From NCBI RefSeq assembly GCF_048593235.1, contig NC_133618.1, positions 498,499,675 to 498,563,674 on the forward strand: a DNA stretch of 64,000 nt. The letters are read 5' to 3'. Origin of the DNA: Sminthopsis crassicaudata. Taxonomy: Eukaryota. Under the pieces are notes generated by a model, which saw only the letters and a list, made by a program, of their open reading frames with translations, ran no database searches and was not told the origin of the DNA. This document shows, piece after piece, positions 49,551 to 63,600 of this stretch (position 1 is its first letter; the number at the start of each line of letters is the position of its first letter). The position numbers and the translations under genes are program-made.

Positions 49551-50635
49551 ACAAACAATACTAATGCAAACAAGATTAGAAGGGAAGTAACAAATTGGGA
49601 AAATCTTTTTAAAAGTAAAGGTTCTGACAAAGGTCTCATTTCCAAAATATATAGAGAACTGACCCTGATTTATAGGAAACCAAACCATTCTCCAATTGAT
49701 AAATGGTCAAAGGATATGAACAGACAATTCTCAGATGATGAAATTGAAACTATTTCCACTCATATGAAAAAGTGTTCCAAATCACTACTGATCAGAGAAA
49801 TGCAAATTAAGACAACTCTGAGATACCACTACACACCTGTCAGATTGGCTAAGATGACAGGAACAAATAACGATGAATGTTGGAGGGGCTGTGGGAAAAC
49901 TGGGACACTGATACATTGTTGGTGGAGTTGTGAAAGAATCCAGCCATTCTGGAGAGCAATTTGGAACTATGCCCCAAAAGTTGTCAAACTGTGCATACCC
50001 TTTGACCCAGCATTGCTGTTATTGGGATTATATCCCAAAGAAATACTAAAGAGTGGAAAGGGACCTGTGTGTGCCAAAATGTTTGTGGCAGCTCTTTTTG
50101 TTGTAGCTAGAAACTGGAAGTTGAATGGATGTTCATCAATTGGAGAATGGTTGGGTAAATTGTGGTATATGAAGGTTATGGAATATTATTGCTCTGTAAG
50201 AAATGACCAGCAGGAGGAATACAGAGAGGCTTGGAAAGACTTACATCAACTGATGCTGAGTGAAATGAGCAGAACCAGAAGATCACTATACACTTCAACA
50301 ACAATACTGTATGAAGATGTATTCTGATGGAAGTGGAAATCTTCAACATAAAGAAGATCCAACTCACTTCCAGTTGATCAATGATGGACAGAAATAACTA
50401 TACCCAGAGAAGGAACACTGGGAAGCGAATGTAAATTGTTAGCACTACTGTCTATCTACCCAGGTTACTTATACCTTCGGAAGCTAATAATTAATGTGCA
50501 ACAAGAAAAATGGTATTTACACACATATATTGTATCTAGGTTATATTGTAACACATGTAAAATGTATGGGATTGCCTGCCATAGGGGGAAGGGAGTGGAG
50601 GGAGGGAGGGGATAATTTGGAAAAATGAATAAAAA
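49551..50635 (+). mobile_element. 5'-truncated young L1 (ORF2 C-terminus + 3' UTR + poly-A) with 16-bp TSD
   Basis: ORF 49716-50327 is the L1 ORF2 cysteine-rich C-terminus (CWRGCGKTGTLIHCWW) with no internal stop; TSD aaaagtgatttaggtt at 49535-49550 and 50636-50651. Confidence 0.93.
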
Positions 50636-50699
50636 AAAAGTGATTTAGGTTTAAAGACATAGTCAAGTAGCTCTATAGGAATCCAAATGGCCTCTACCA

Positions 50700-51567
50700 A
50701 AGACTGATTTTCCAGAGCCATATTTTAAGAAATATAAATGAAAACCACACGAGATGATAGAGTTAATTGAACCAGTGAAATGTAAGGGTGAAGTCCTTTA
50801 AGTTGTGATGGAACCATCAGCCTCAGTTGTATAGGACTAGGCCAGGCCCTCTCTGAGAGAGTCTCACTGAGAGAGACTAGTCCCCCAGGCATAGACGGCT
50901 TCAGCAGTTTTACTCCAATTATTTTCATACTCCCACAGATTATTGCCTGGTTGTGCCCTCTCCTGCGTTGATAAAGATTTGGGAAAGTACAGGAGTTACC
51001 ACCAGTCAGGGTGAAGTGTCTCCCTGACAAGGAAATATTGTAAAAAATAAACCCCAACCCCCCCAAAATGCTTGTTCCTTCCTCCCAGTGAGAAGATAAC
51101 AAACCCTAGAACTGAACAATTTTTCCAACTGTGCAATTTGAGTAAATGCCAATTCCTGACTGAGTCAGAAAAACACTAGTCAGAGCTCAGAAACAAAAGA
51201 GTAGGTGTACCACCCAAACGTTTAGCCCTGGAACCAAAGATCGTAGTCACCCTCTGGGGGTCCACCTCTTCCGTATGAGTTGGGGTGGAGGGGGCAGCAG
51301 TGTACCAACCTGACCACTTAGCTACAGGAAAATGACTTGTCAGAGAGGGGTTTTCAGAGCAGGTGTGAGGAGGGAATGTTTTACAGGTTCTATGCAAAGA
51401 CAAGGAGATTGGAGATTTGGAATGAAATGTTGCATGGAATGGGAGTTAAGTGGATGGAATAGCAACACAACTGGCAAGACAGCCAGCACCCTGATTGCTT
51501 AAGGACTTTGTTGGGCGCCAAACATGGAAATTTGTATTTTGTGAGAGAACAAGTCTGGTGCCTTACA
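50700..51567 (+). mobile_element. Probable LTR-derived sequence ending TGGTGCCTTACA
   Basis: The terminal 12-mer at 51556-51567 is identical to the terminus of the 8536 element; left boundary uncertain. Confidence 0.4.
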
Positions 51568-52480
51568 GCTCCCTGAGATCTCACAAATTCTGCTCTTTTC
51601 TTTGAAAACTTCTGGGGGCCTCAGGTATCCACAAATATGAAACAAAGGCCAAACAAGAAGACCAATATTTACTTTAGGAATATTAGCTTGGCAGCTTGTG
51701 GAGAATGGATTGGGGAGAGGAGAGACTGGAAGCATGGATAAGCAAGGAAGCTTACTACAAGAGTCCAAAAGAGAAGTGAAAATTTGAACTAAAGGGGTAA
51801 ATATGTGAGTGGAGGGAAAGGGACCAATGGGAGGAAGCTGTGGAAGTAGAATTGAAAATAATTATCAACTCATTGGATATGAGAGTTGGTGGGGAAAGGG
51901 AATAGGGAAGAATTCTTCTAAGATTTTTAAACCTGAGTGAGTGACCTATACATAGATGAGGAAGTGAGTGTAGAAAGACAGATGGGATTAGAAGAAAATG
52001 CCAAAAAATCACATAATGGGCAAAAGTCACCCAGCTGGTGAATTAAAGGTAGAGTCATAGCTAGCTAGCATCCAGCATGCTTGATTTTTTTTTTTTTTCG
52101 GTCATTCTGGAAAAATGAAATTTATTTTCTTGAATTCAGATATACATCTTTATATTTAATTCCATTAAATTTCATAGTATGGAATTTTCACTCAGTGTTT
52201 TAAATGTCTGTCACAACCATTCTGAATGATAATTGAACTTCCTTGTATCTTCAGAATTTAAAATTTGAGATCTATACATCCCTCTTTGGCTTTTTTTGGA
52301 AAATATAGTTTCAGAACATTCTACTATTTTGATTGACAGACATTAAATAGTCACGGTATAGTAGTTCTTGAGGCTAATGCCAGGAAATATTAGATTATAT
52401 TTGGTGATGAATAATATAAAAACACAGTACTGGAGTACATTGGGTGAGGATAACAAAAAATAAAAATAAAAACATGGCCT

Positions 52481-52735
52481 ACCAGGTATAGATCTATATA
52501 ATCCTGGCTGTTGGGGAAAACTGAAGCTGGTGGATCACTTGAACTTGGTATTCTGAGCTACAGTAGGACTAAAGCTAATCAGTCGTCTATACTAAGTTTG
52601 GAACCAATCTGGAAATGAGGGACAACCAAAATCCCTAAGGAGGCATGAATTGTCCCAAGTTGGAAATACATAAAATTAAAGTTTCTTATCAACAGTATGA
52701 TAGGGTGATGAATGATAATTGCATTGTCTCATGCT
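52481..52735 (+). pseudogene. 7SL (SRP) RNA-derived retropseudogene
   Basis: ctga.gctgg.ggatc.cttga..ttctg.gct..agt..ctaagtt.gg..caat.tgg..cctaaggagg..tgaa....ccca.gt.ggaaa follows 7SL through the S domain; heavily CpG-decayed. Confidence 0.75.
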
Positions 52736-53144
52736 TGACTTCTAATTGGGTGCTTTGACTACCATTGCCCATAATGATCCCTAGTTTTTACCAGGACTGA
52801 GGCCCTAATCCTGACCTATGAAAAAAAGATCTTGTAAGCCTTCCCAGGATGGGCATTTCAACCAGGCTCAAAAATATCAGCAAGTTCTTCTAAGTCTGCT
52901 TTCCATTATTCACTTTGATAATTATAAGAATAATAAGATAGGACCTTGCTAAGGCAACTAGTACTTGCTAGTGAGTCATTGTTAACTTTTCAGTTCTTTT
53001 TCAGTAAATTATATTCAGTATATTATAATATATATATATATAATATTCAGTAAATAATATTTACACCTTAAAAATCGGCAAATTCTACAAATCAGAATTT
53101 GATTTATTGTTTTGTTGATTGTTTCAACTTATGAAAGTGATGAA

Positions 53145-53831
53145 GGGGGCAGCTAGATGGTGCAATGGATAGAGCATCAGCCTTGGAGTCAAGAAGTCCT
53201 GGTTTTAAATCTGATCCTAAACACTTAACATTTTCTAACTGTATGATCCTGGGGAAGTCATTTAACTTTAGTTGCCTCTCAAAAAACAAAATCCCCAATT
53301 GAAAAATGATCAAAGAATATGAACAATTTTCAAATAAAGAAATTAAATCCATCTATAGTCATATGAAAAAATGTTCTAAATCACTATTGATTAAAGAAAA
53401 ACAAATTAAAGCAACTTTGAAGTACCACCTCACACCTATCAGATGGGCTAAGATGGCAGGAAAAGATAATGATAAATGTTGGAAGGGATGTGGGAAAACT
53501 GGGACACTAATGCATAGTTGGAGGAGTTGTGAAATGATCTAACTATTCTGGAGAACAATTTGGAACTATGCCCAAACTGTGAATACCCTTTGATCCAATA
53601 GTGCCACTTTGGGGTCTGAATTCCAAAGAGATCATAAAAGAGGGGAAAGAACCCACATGTGTAAAAATATTTGTAGAAACCCTTTTTTAGTGGCAGAGAA
53701 TTGGAAAATGAATAAATGGCCACCACTGGAGAATGGCTGAATAAGTTTTGGAATATGAAAGTGATGGAATATTATAGTTCTATTAAAAAACAATCAATAG
53801 GTTGATTTTAGAAAGGCCTGGAAAGATTTAC
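53145..53831 (+). mobile_element. CORE-SINE (53145-53285) directly fused to an internal L1 ORF2 fragment (53290-53831)
   Basis: SINE head and CORE, then an A-run, then ORF2-like EIKSIYSHMKKCSKSLLIKE..CWKGCGKTGTLMHSW. Confidence 0.82.
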
Positions 53832-54894
53832 ATGAAAGTGATGGACAAGATGTTAAAAATGCTGATTCATCTTTAAAGTGGGTCACTGATATATTTTCCC
53901 TCCAGTGAGTTGGTTATTAAATATTTACCAGACCAATCCTGACCTTTCCTTTCTATAGAACCTTTCCCCTTTAAACAGAGCTTCCGCATCTCAGGTAGCC
54001 CTTAACTCCACAGTTTTCTGCTATAGTAGTTAGAGCCAGGCTTTCTTAGTGGTCTTTTGGAACAGACATATTTCTGGCTTTTAGAATTTGATCCAGACCC
54101 TAGTCAGAAAGGAACTCCTTTCCTCCTACACCCCAGATTCTTCTCCATCTCCCCTTCTGCTGCCCAGTATTTGGTTCCACTTTGCAATCATTTTGAAAGT
54201 TGCACTTTCAAAGCAATTTAGATGATGGAATCTTAACCACGAGTAAATGTTTAACAACCAAGACACACAAGTTTGGTCTCCATTATCCTGAATTTTCTTC
54301 ATCAGTTTCTTAACTATAGACAATTAACAAAACAATAAATCAAACCCTGGTGTGTAGCATTTGTCCAGCAAATCAGCATCAGAAGCCTGTCATTCAAAGT
54401 CCCCCATAGTCTAGCCTTAACCTGACTTCTAGCTACTCTACTCCCTTTCACAAGTCCTCTGCTCCAGGTAGGGCTCACCTTCCTTCTTTTGAGTATGTCT
54501 TACTCTTTCCTGCTTGTTTTCCTTTACTCAAGTTGTGCCCTCTACTTATACTCTCCTACTTTTTTCTCCATCTACCCAAATCCTATGCATTCTTCTCTTA
54601 AATGTAACCTCTTCCTAGAAGCTTTCCCAGATAACCTCAACCAAAAATGATCTTTTTATCTGAGTGCTTACATCATCTGAACTATTGATACTACTTGCAT
54701 AATATTCATATCCTATGAGTGATCTTTCATTTCTGTCCCGTAACCTCCTTCAGGAGGGTATGGGAGGAGGAGACTGGAACATTAGAATATATAATCCATT
54801 AGACTATAAACTCCTAGTTGACAGAGATTGTTTAATCTTTAGCACAGTGTCTTGCATGTTTAGACATTTAATAAATGTTTATTTTTTATTTTTA

Positions 54895-54945
54895 TATGTG
54901 CATATATATGTATATGCTTATACATGTGTATATACATATATATGC

Positions 54946-54977
<32 letters not shown>

Positions 54978-55000
54978 TTATGTGTATATGTATGTATGTT
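54895..55000. repeat. Compound (TA/TG/CA)n tract; a (TAGA/TAGG)n tract follows at ~55225-55282
   Basis: Read directly. Confidence 0.85.
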
Positions 55001-57287
55001 TATGTAGCTAAATGCCATAATGGAACCAGAAATCACAAAGATCTGAGTGTAAATCCAGCCTTAGACAATTATTAAAAGTGGAACCTTATGCAAATCATTT
55101 AACCACTGTCTCCTTAAGTTTCATTATAGCACCTACTTCTTCCTGAGATTTTGAGGATAATGTCAGATAATATTTGTAAAATGCTTTGTAAACCTTAAAG
55201 CATTATATAAACATCAGCTATTACTAGACAGATAGATAAAAAGATAGATAGGTAAGTAAGTAGGTAGGTAGATAGATAGATAGTTGTTCAAGGCCTGAAA
55301 AGCTTGCTGCTATCCACACATACATTATAAAAGCAGGAATGTGGACCAACAGGAAGAAAATGACCTTGTCCTTAAAACTTAGCTTTATACTAGTGTCTGA
55401 AGGCTCTTTGGGAACCCTGGGGACAATTTAACTTTAAGCTTAAGTTCAGTCTTGTATCCCTGAGTTTCCTCCAAAAAGGAGGAATAGAAAGGTACTTAAT
55501 GTACAAGATGAGTTAGATATATGGGACAGATAATTTATTCCTATAGAAAAAAGAGGAATGCTAAATATAAAATATACACAGTACACATTGACTAAATGAT
55601 TTAAAAAATAGAATTCAGTAACTTTTAATTACTGATACAAATTTTCTGGATTGCTGATACTCAAATAGCATTAGAACATAAAGTAGTTTATCGGACTGTT
55701 ACATTTCACTTTAGTTCAGCACTGTCCAGATAACCCCAGAATATGTCTCCTGATAAAAACAGACAGGGTTAGACCAAAATTCATTAGTGATGGTCTTCTC
55801 CAAGAATACCTTTCCTTCTGATATTCATCTCCAGCCCAATGACCCTTTAGAGGTCCTGAACTCAAGATCACTTCCAAGCCTGTATACACCTGGATGGGTA
55901 CTCATTCACCTAACAAGAAATAACAAACATAACAGTGGAAAAGCAGCCAGCAGTCTAGGTAAAAGTTGGCTAGTTGAGGCAGCCTGCTTCCCTAGGACCC
56001 CTTTCCTTCCTACTTCACCATGTTGCTGGAATGGAAAAGGCCCAGTCCTTCTTCATCCTCCTTGGAAGACTCAAAGTTATAAAATGCCAGCTGGAGAATA
56101 GAAGGTAACAGTTCAACCAGAAACTTTTAACTTAACAGTTCCTTCCTGTCCTGCAAGTGTCATAAAGCCCTGCAAGGGATCAGCAAGGGCTTGTTACTTC
56201 ATGACAAAATAGCAAGTGTTTCCACTGTGGGCTAGCACATGGATGCAAACGGGCTCCAGAGCTCCCAGACGTTCAACCAGATCCAGGAAGGGCAACTAAG
56301 CACGTTCCATGGCTCCAGAGAAGAGGAACCAGACTATTCCTGTAGCCTTTAGTTAGCTGAATGACGCCTCTAATTTCCAAAGACTCTGGCTTCCAGAAAT
56401 GGCAGCTCTGGGAGCTGACAGATTCCCACACTCTATGCTGAGAAAGCAGATGAGGTTTTTTCTTCCTATTCTGGGAAGGTTCTGTCTTTCTAAAAGAGGT
56501 GTTACTTAGGCTCTGAGGGCAGAGCTATAAGAGAGCTGATTTTTCTTATGGAAGAGAAATAGCGTCTCAGAGGAAGATTCTAACTGAAACCTGGGAAAAA
56601 GGGAAGGGAAAGAAAGATGGAGAGCACCACAGACATGATGTGACGGCCAGCGTTAGGTCCAGAGAGAGCATCGTGGTTGTATCAGCGGGAGACATTGGCA
56701 GCAATGCAGCTTGATTGCCCCTCCATTTTCTTTGCCTGGTCACACATATTGCCTGTGTGTGGTCCTTGCACATGCCCACTGATTGTGTGAGTATTTATAA
56801 GCTGGCGTATCCTAGGTATAAAGGGAAGTGTTCTACTGCTAATTTTCTCACTACGCCATTTCATGAACTATCTTTGGATTGAACTTATTGTGTTCTCTGG
56901 CTAGTAATTAAATCGGTGGATTTTCCCAAGTTATAATGTTGAGTGCACATATCTGATTTTCTGGTAGGACAAGGGTCCGTGCCCCAGGGGCTGATAATGA
57001 CAACAATATAGATAATTATAATAATGATGATATGATAATAATAATAGCTACCATTTATGTATCTACCATTTGCCAGCCATTATGCTAAGTACTTAATATT
57101 ATTTCATCTGATCCTCAAAACAAGGTGATATTACTATAGCCATTTGACAGTTGAGGAACAGAGGTGAACAGAGATTAAGTTCTAATGTCTAAGCCTAATG
57201 CCAAATGGCTACAATTACCTGAAGTTGCATTTGAACTCAGGTCCAGCAGTTAGCTGCCTTTACTAACTAGTACCTTGAATGGATCGA

Positions 57288-57530
57288 CAGGTAGGTGGCG
57301 CAGTAGCAAGAGTCTTGGGCTTTGACTCAGGAAAATTCATCCATTTGACTTCAAATCTGGCCTCAAAGATGTACTAACTGTGACAAGTCACTTCACCCTT
57401 TTTGCCTCAATTTCCTCATCTGTAAAATAAATTGGAGAAGGAAATGGCAAACCATTCCAGGATCTTTGCAAAACAAAACAGAAACCTCCAAACGGGGTCA
57501 CAGTTAGAACTGAACAACTGAACAACAACT
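57288..57530 (+). mobile_element. MAR1-type CORE-SINE
   Basis: ggagaaggaaatggcaaaccattccag..gaactgaacaactgaacaacaac RTE-like tail. Confidence 0.78.
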
Positions 57531-57589
57531 TTAAATGAAATTGAATGTAAAGAGCTGGAAGGGAAGATTTTGTTTGTTTGTTTGTTTTA

Positions 57590-57870
57590 AGTTTATTTTT
57601 TTAATTTTAATTTTATTAGAGATTTTTACTTTCAAAACATGCATAGATAATTTTTCAACATTGACCCCTGCAAAACCTTGTGTTCCAAATTTCCCCTTCC
57701 TTTTCCACATCTCCTCTCCTAGATAGCTAGTAATCCAAAATATGTTAAACATGTTAAAAATATATGTTAAATCCAATATATGTATATATTTATACAATTA
57801 TCTTGCTGCACAAGAAAAATCAGATCAAAAAGGGAAAAAAAATGAGAAAGAAAGAAAGGAAGATCAAAGA
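57590..57870 (-). mobile_element. L1 3' end fragment
   Basis: Same family as 2190 and 4803. Confidence 0.75.
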
Positions 57871-58794
57871 AAGAAAGGTAGATCAACTGGCTTTGCCCAT
57901 TTATTGGTGAAAATCTACTATAGAGTTTCTATATCTCATGAATTCTTTTCTGAACAGCCTAGTACAATTTTCTTATATCCTAAGCATTTTATAAACACTG
58001 ACTAAATGAGTGCTTAAACTGATGGGCTACATACTGGGTAGATACCCACCTAATAACACAGGCTACTACTATTGAAGTTATCGCAGAAAAGGAGTAGCTT
58101 TCTCCTGTACGGATGTGCACCAGAATTTATTTTGCTTTAAAAAAGGTACAGTACAATACTTGTGAATTTAGTTTTTGACATCTTTGAGAGTTTTTCCCCA
58201 TTCTTATGTTAGTACAAAGTCAAAAGTTAAAGCCATTTTTAAAGGTAATTAGTACCTTTACCGATGTTAAAATTATACCCATGAATATCTCAAGTGGTTT
58301 GCCCCCCAGTTTGACTGGGATTTCACGCATAACCTCCCCAGGAAATGGAGTCACAAGGAAGGCAAATGGCTTCCCACACAGAAAGTTGGAAACTGTTGGA
58401 GAATAAAGCCCTGATCTCCTAGCAAACAGGTCACCCACTCCTTGGTCCTTCATTAACGCTAGCCTTTCCTTGGGACGTTGTGTTTATCTGAGGTAGGGGG
58501 TGAAGGGCCACCAGCCAACTCAGACCTCTCTCTTTCTGATGGAAAACCCTGAGAAGAAGCGCAATGGGTCCAGAAGGTTTGATCTCTGGAAAACAGAGTT
58601 GGAAGGAATAGCAGATAGCCATCTGGTCCAACACCCTTGTGGAGCGACTAACAGGCCAAACAAAACAGCCAAACCTGAGACAGATTTTCATGAAAAGAAT
58701 CTCATCTTCAAACCCTGGTTCCATCCTGGAATCCATTCATTGTGTGTGTTTGAACAAGACTCACAATCCTTCTCTGGACATTAGAGTACCTAAC

Positions 58795-59425
58795 ACTTTC
58801 CTATATACCTGGGATGAAACAGAAAGGAAAAGGACCTATGTGTACAAATATATTTACGGTGGCTCTTTTAGTGCTGACAAAAAGTTGAAAACCGAGGGGA
58901 TGCCCTTCGCCGGGGGAATGACTGAACAAGCTGTGATGTATGATTTTGAAGGAACACTAGTGTTCTATAAGAAGTGATGAACTGGATGCTTTCAGAAAAA
59001 CCTGGGAAGACTTATAGGAACTGGTGCAAAGGGAAGTCAACAGAGCTAGAAGAACATTGTGTGATGATAACTGTAAAGGACTTAGTTATTCTCAGCAATA
59101 CAATAGTGCAAGATAATTTCTGAAGGAGTTAGGATGAAAACTGTTATCGTCTCCAGAGAAAGTACTGATGGAAAGTCCTGACGAAGGCAGATCAAAGCAT
59201 ACTTTTTCTTTGCTTTATTTTCCTGGGATTTTTTTTGGCCTGTTTTCTTTCACAACATGACTAACACAGAAATATGTTTTGTATGACTGAACATTTATAA
59301 CCCATATCAAATTGCTTGCCTTCTCAGTGGGAGGGGGCGGGGAAAGCAGGGAGAGAATTTGGAACTCAATTTTTTTTTTTAAAACAAAAGTTAAAGGTTG
59401 TTTTTACATGTAATTGGGGAAAAAT
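58795..59425 (+). mobile_element. Old L1 3' end (ORF2 tail + UTR)
   Basis: ggaaaaggacctatgtgtacaaatatattta..gctctttt..gttgaaaaccgaggggatgccc is a degenerate ORF2 C-terminus. Confidence 0.7.
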
Positions 59426-60138
59426 AAAGGACTTGGAACAGATGTCCTCTGGGGCATCTTCAGCTCTAAGTCTATGCTCCTATGATGAGAAGATGGAGTG
59501 AATATGAGTAAGAAATCGGCATGCACAGTAAGTATTTTCTAGATTTTTAACTGGAAGAAGGGCTTGGGAATATGGAAAATTTCTCGTTTTATTTTCTGTG
59601 TGGTTTACCAGTCCTCCCCTGCCATTTTCTATCCATTAGCAGCCCCCGCAGATTCACTTATTCATTCATCTCCTGTGCCTAGTTCTGTGAGGGAGGCAAA
59701 GACGAATAAAATGTGGTCCCTGCTCTCAAGGAGCTCAGTCTAGTGAGGAAGAAGAGAGAGAGATAACTGACAGCTTCGGGAGGAAGATGCATGTCAGACG
59801 AGTGCAGAGATGCCTCAGAGAACGACAGCTCCCGGGGGCTGGAGAAGCCGGCAAACCTTCGCACACGGGGTGGGATCTGAGCTGATTTAAATGGTGGAAG
59901 CCTAACTGATGGGCATGGGGGTGAGGGAGGAGACGTTTAAGGTCGGTCGGGGTAGAAAGGTGTAGCACAGGACAGGGGTGTTGTGACGGGCCGCAGATTA
60001 TATAAACCAGAATCGAAGGCTTAGAGGAAGTGTCCTCTTTTCGCGCAGGCTTGGCTCTTGATGCTGGGTGTTGGCCCAGAACCCAGGTAAATAGATGGCT
60101 TTCATCGACCACGCTCTCGAAAACTACAATTCCCGTGA

Positions 60139-60642
<504 letters not shown>

Positions 60643-63600
60643 TAACCGGCCCGCCCCGGCCCCCGGTGCCCTTCCCGCAGTCCGCCCCGTCTGCGCCAGC
60701 GGGTGTGCTCTGGGCCACTGCAGCCAGTCCCCCACCCCGCTCCCTGCGCCCCGAGGGAGGGCCCCTAGCGTGGGCTCAGGTACCCCTGCAGTGGGCAGTG
60801 CCTCCCAAGGTGGGCGCCGGAGTCTTCTCCCGCCCCCTCCCCCTGCAGTGGGCAATGCCCCTTCCCCCTCTCTGCGCCGTCTGTGCGCAGCGCAGCGGAG
60901 GGGGAGGGGGAAGGCTTGGACCGCAGGCTGCGGGGGGCCAAGGATGGAGGGGGGGCAGAGCCGCTTCTTATCTTTTACTGAGCAGCGGGAAGGGAGCCCT
61001 GGGCTGCGGGCGGGTCGCTGTCAGGCGGGGGAGGGGAGAAGGCTATCTCCCATCTCTGGCAGCGGGGCCCTTTCCCCTCCCGGCTCCCCTCTGTAGCCCC
61101 CGAGAGGTGAAGGGGGGAGTGAGGGGGAGGGGCGGGCACGACCGCGAGCCGCGGCCGGGAGATGACTCAGGCAGGCGGCCCTTTGGGGAGGGGGAGGGAG
61201 GAGAGACCTGGGGAGGCTGCAGGAGCCATGGGAAGCATCCCGTCACTCATCCAAGTGCCCTTATCCCAGGAGGCCTGGGCAGACCCCAGCACTGGCAGGG
61301 GAGACTGATGACCCGCTCTCTGCCATCAGGGACGGGGAAGGAAGCTGTGACCTCCGCCCCCGCCCTCCCCCATATAGCGGGCTGCCTGAGACAAAGGGCC
61401 TGGGCTTATGTAACTGCTGGGGAGGCGAGAAGGTCGGCTCCGGGCGGCCGCCCCTCTCCTCGTGGATTACCTGTCCGTCCTGCGGAGTGGGGGCGCTAAG
61501 GGGCGACGGCAGTGCTAAGGCATTGACTGGTGATTGGACTGCCGTCAGCGGGCTCAGGGTCTCCCTTCCAGAGGATGGGGGAGGGGGCTTCTCTCCCGTC
61601 CCTCTTGCTTGGGAGACTGAGTGTGAGGGAGGTGGGGAGAATCCCAAGGAGGCTGCGGCGGTTCCTCCGGACAGGTGGACCTGGCGGCTCCCTGCTCCCT
61701 CCCCCTGCCTAAGGCTCCCTTCCGCGGCTTCTCCTCAGCATCCCTTCTCTCCCCTTTCCTCTCATCAGCCGCCCCTTGGGCTCTCGTTCTGTGGCTCCGG
61801 CTCCCAGTCACACTTCCCTTCAGATGACCTTCATGGCTAGCATAGTGTGGCCGGACTGGGGGAAGAGATACCCTCCCCACCTTTAGTCCCGTTTTTGTCC
61901 TTCCGGGACCAAGAAGGGTCAGCGCTCCTGCTAGCCCCTCTCTGGGCTCAAACAAGCCCCCTCATGGGAAGAGAGGAGGGAGGGGGAGTCTATCTGAGGG
62001 CAGGGTCCCTTCTGCAGGGGAGCCTCAGAATTCCAGAGAAGCGATTCTGGGAAAGCCCCTCCCCCTCCCCCAAAGGGGTTAACCCCAAACTAGGGTTCCT
62101 CAGCAGAGTCCCACGGCTCCTTCTGGGCTGCAGCAAGATTGACTCCTGCAGATTTCCCCCGGGCTCATGTGACTCAAGAGCTGCAGAGATATGGGCTAGA
62201 GGGAGGCACCCACAGATGATTCCGCTTGGTCCCTGGGGGGGGGGGCTGAAGGGATGGAGGAGTTATCTTACATCTTCCTCTGCCCTTCCCATCCTCATGA
62301 CTGCCCTGCCCCCCCCAAAGTATGTCATTTTCACCTTGTGGCCAAAGATTTCCAGAGAAGCCGGTGGCCCCGGTGATGTACAAGGTACAGTGAGGTAATG
62401 CTTCGAGGTCAGCATGGGGAGACATGCAGTTATATGCAGTAAATATCGGGCTGCCCACTCTGGGGTGCAGAGGGAATAATGAAAACTCATATTTAAATAG
62501 TACTCTAAACCCGTCTTCTGGGGACTCCAAGGGGGCTCCTAAGAACCCCTTTCAGGGACTCCTCAAGGTCAAAACTGTTTTCATAATAATAATAATAAGA
62601 CATTTTCATTTCTAACATGGTAAATATGGATTGCTATAACCCACATAAGCAGAAGTTCTTTGGGAGGAGTCCTCAATAATTTTTAAGAATATAAAGGGTC
62701 CTAGGACCACAAATTGCTGCTCTATTGAATAAATGTATTGCATTAATCACCACTGTGAGGTAAGTACAATTATTATTATCACCATTTTACAGATGAGTAA
62801 ACTGAGACCTGGGCTAAATGAAGAGCAGATGAGGAGAGGGAAGGAAGAAGAAAGAAACCTAAGAAATTCAAGTTTCTTGTTGATCTCTAAGCCCTTAACA
62901 CATCTTGAATCTTCCCTCTAACTCTAGGAATAACAACAATAATAGCAAATATTTATCTATCACCCACTATTTGTACTATGCTTAGCACTTTACAGTTTTC
63001 TCATTTAATCCTCATGGCAACTTCGGGAGAGGGTTAGTTGATATTATTATTCCCATTTTATAGATGAGGAAACTGAAGTTCTGTGACTTGCCCAGGATCA
63101 CCCAGTTCTGAAGGAAGACTTGATCTCGCCTCTTCCTGCCTCCAGACCCAGTGCTCTATCCGCTGCATCACTGGGCAGGGGGTGTATGGTGTATTGATCT
63201 GTCCAGGGTTAGACACCCAGAGTAGGGGGTAGCTTCTGCCCTTAGCCCATAGTTCTTGCTCCTCTGGAGGACTGGCAGCTGATGATGCTGGGTTCTGCCT
63301 TGTCCTCTCCCCTCTCTGGTTCCCAGGTCATGCCTGGATTTCCGCTCAATGTCAGCAGGCCTAGGGATGTCCCTGGGGCTGTGTGCATGGTGATGAAGGC
63401 AGGCTATGAGACTCCCTCAGGACCAGGTCTCCCTTCCTCCGTCCTCCAGGGAGGAAACGAATGATGGAGCAGAGGAAACAAGGAATTCTGGGTCTGACTG
63501 GGATCTGGGATTCTGGGACAGCAGCAAGCCGGCCTCCTTGTCAGCTCTAGAATCGCACGCATGGAACCATCCTTTTAGGGATAGAAGGGCCATTTTAGAC

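Noticed and set aside
51510-51520. TGGCGCCCAAC on minus, resembling a tRNA-Lys primer binding site
   Set aside because: It lies just inside a plus-strand LTR-like terminus, where the related element has TTGGTGCC repeats. Orientation and spacing do not fit a PBS, and no gag follows.
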